Source: Octopus bimaculoides
Lineage: Eukaryota
Reading direction: 5' to 3'
Assembly (NCBI RefSeq): GCF_001194135.2
Contig: NC_068983.1
Span: 92,182,236 to 92,246,235, forward strand
DNA length: 64,000 nt
Numbering within the stretch: the first letter of the stretch is position 1; each line of letters opens with the position of its first letter. Shown here one piece after another: positions 62,753-64,000 of this stretch. The notes below the pieces were generated by a model. That model worked only from the letters and a program-made list of their open reading frames with translations. It was not told the DNA's origin and searched no databases. Made by a program: the position numbers and the translations under genes.

Positions 62753-63830
62753 ACTTTCATTGAAAAAAGCTTCAATACAGTTGTGTCAGGCATTACAAGA
62801 AAAATAAGTACATGATACAAAATGCTTCAAGATATAGGATCTCTACTGTTATTGCAATCTCATTTCATGAACTTTCATTTATTACTAACTGCCAAATTTG
62901 TGTTCAAAAGAATTTATTCATTACCTAAGTTACTTAATACCATATCATAAACTGCTAATGAAAATGGTAATTATACATTTTATGGTTATCGACTTTAAAC
63001 AACTTAACTGTGGGCTAATTCAACTTAAACTGTCCACAGGAGTGCACCATTATGATAAATTACACCGTCCAAAGGATGAGTGCATTTGCTAGTTGTATAT
63101 ATTATTATTAATTATAGTAACTTATCAGTTATTATATAATAAGGTTAATTCCTATTATAATGTTAATTATAATGAATAAATAGATATTTTGTCTTTTCTT
63201 TAGTGGTTGTATATGTTGTTGACTATAATAATTCTTCAGTTATTATAAATTAAGGTTAATTCATATACAAGGATTTATTATATTATATAAATAAATAGGT
63301 AATTATTTATTGCGACGTAAAGTATCTAAGTTTCTATTAAGCATTCTGTAGAATTTTTACCTGTAGTTTTTATTCATTACTTAACTATTACGCATAGCAT
63401 AGAATTTTGTCTGCAGTTTTTATTCTTTATATATCCAGTGACATCAATTTTAGTAGATAAATATATTCGTTTTCTACGTTGGGGTTTAAAATTTTTTTTT
63501 TAATATTTTTATGTAGATTTCAAATTCTCAAAAAATATGGAATTAGTATGATATTTTTTATATTTTACTTTTATAAACTAAATTAGTTATTCAATGACAT
63601 TGCTTTTGGTTGAATGTATGAATGTCTAAAGTTAAATTTGGTTTGACTTTTCTTTTTGTTAGCATTTTTAACAGCTAAAATCTTTTTAGATGTTCAGTTA
63701 GAATTTCACCAATATTTATTACCTTGATATGATTGTGTTGACATAAATTTTTGTCCATATTATTATTAATTTTAATATTATTGTATGTGTATGTATGTGT
63801 ACACACACACACACACACGCATATATATAT

Positions 63831-63968
63831 GGTAAGTAGCTTGCTTACCAACCACATGGTTCCGGGTTCAGTCCCACTGCATGGCATCTTGGGCAAGTGT
63901 CTTCTACTATAGCTTCAGGCCGACCAAAGCCTTGTGAGTGGATTTAGTAGACGGAAACTGAAAGAAGC

Positions 63969-63972
<4 letters not shown>
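63831..63972 (+). mobile_element. tRNA-derived SINE (family A), 5'-truncated
   Basis: Near-identical to the reverse complement of 37445-37580. Confidence 0.85.

Positions 63973-64000
<28 letters not shown>

Overview
Eukaryotic, AT-rich, repeat-dense DNA from a gapped draft assembly. The SINE/LINE repertoire suggests Octopus or another cephalopod (inference). The host gene is the polarity scaffold scribble (scrib) on the + strand. Six phase-compatible coding exons (38876-57861) encode the linker after the LRR/LAP-specific domains and the start of PDZ1 (GLGISIAGGKGSTPYKGNDE). I found no LRR exons, so 1-38875 appears to be one intron of at least 38.9 kb filled with nested transposon relics. These include RTE, BovB-like, CR1 and R4/Dong LINEs; a hAT element with a perfect 8-bp TSD carrying a Gypsy-type LTR element; a second Gypsy element cut by two piggyBacs at TTAA; and mariner, Chapaev-like and Tx1-like pieces. 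A Helitron lies in a downstream intron. The most interesting leads are four: (1) an LTR element whose primer-binding position is complementary to its own LTR 5' end instead of a tRNA (candidate self-priming outside the Tf1/sushi group); (2) a CpG micro-island exon of scrib with RVxF and SILK motifs, an in-frame alternative donor and a strong-Kozak internal ATG; (3) an inverted SINE array around a TAA-targeted Dong insertion that could form intronic dsRNA; (4) a two-template patch insertion. No prokaryotic-type system, CRISPR array or RNA gene is supported. All family assignments come from motif recognition, not database searches.
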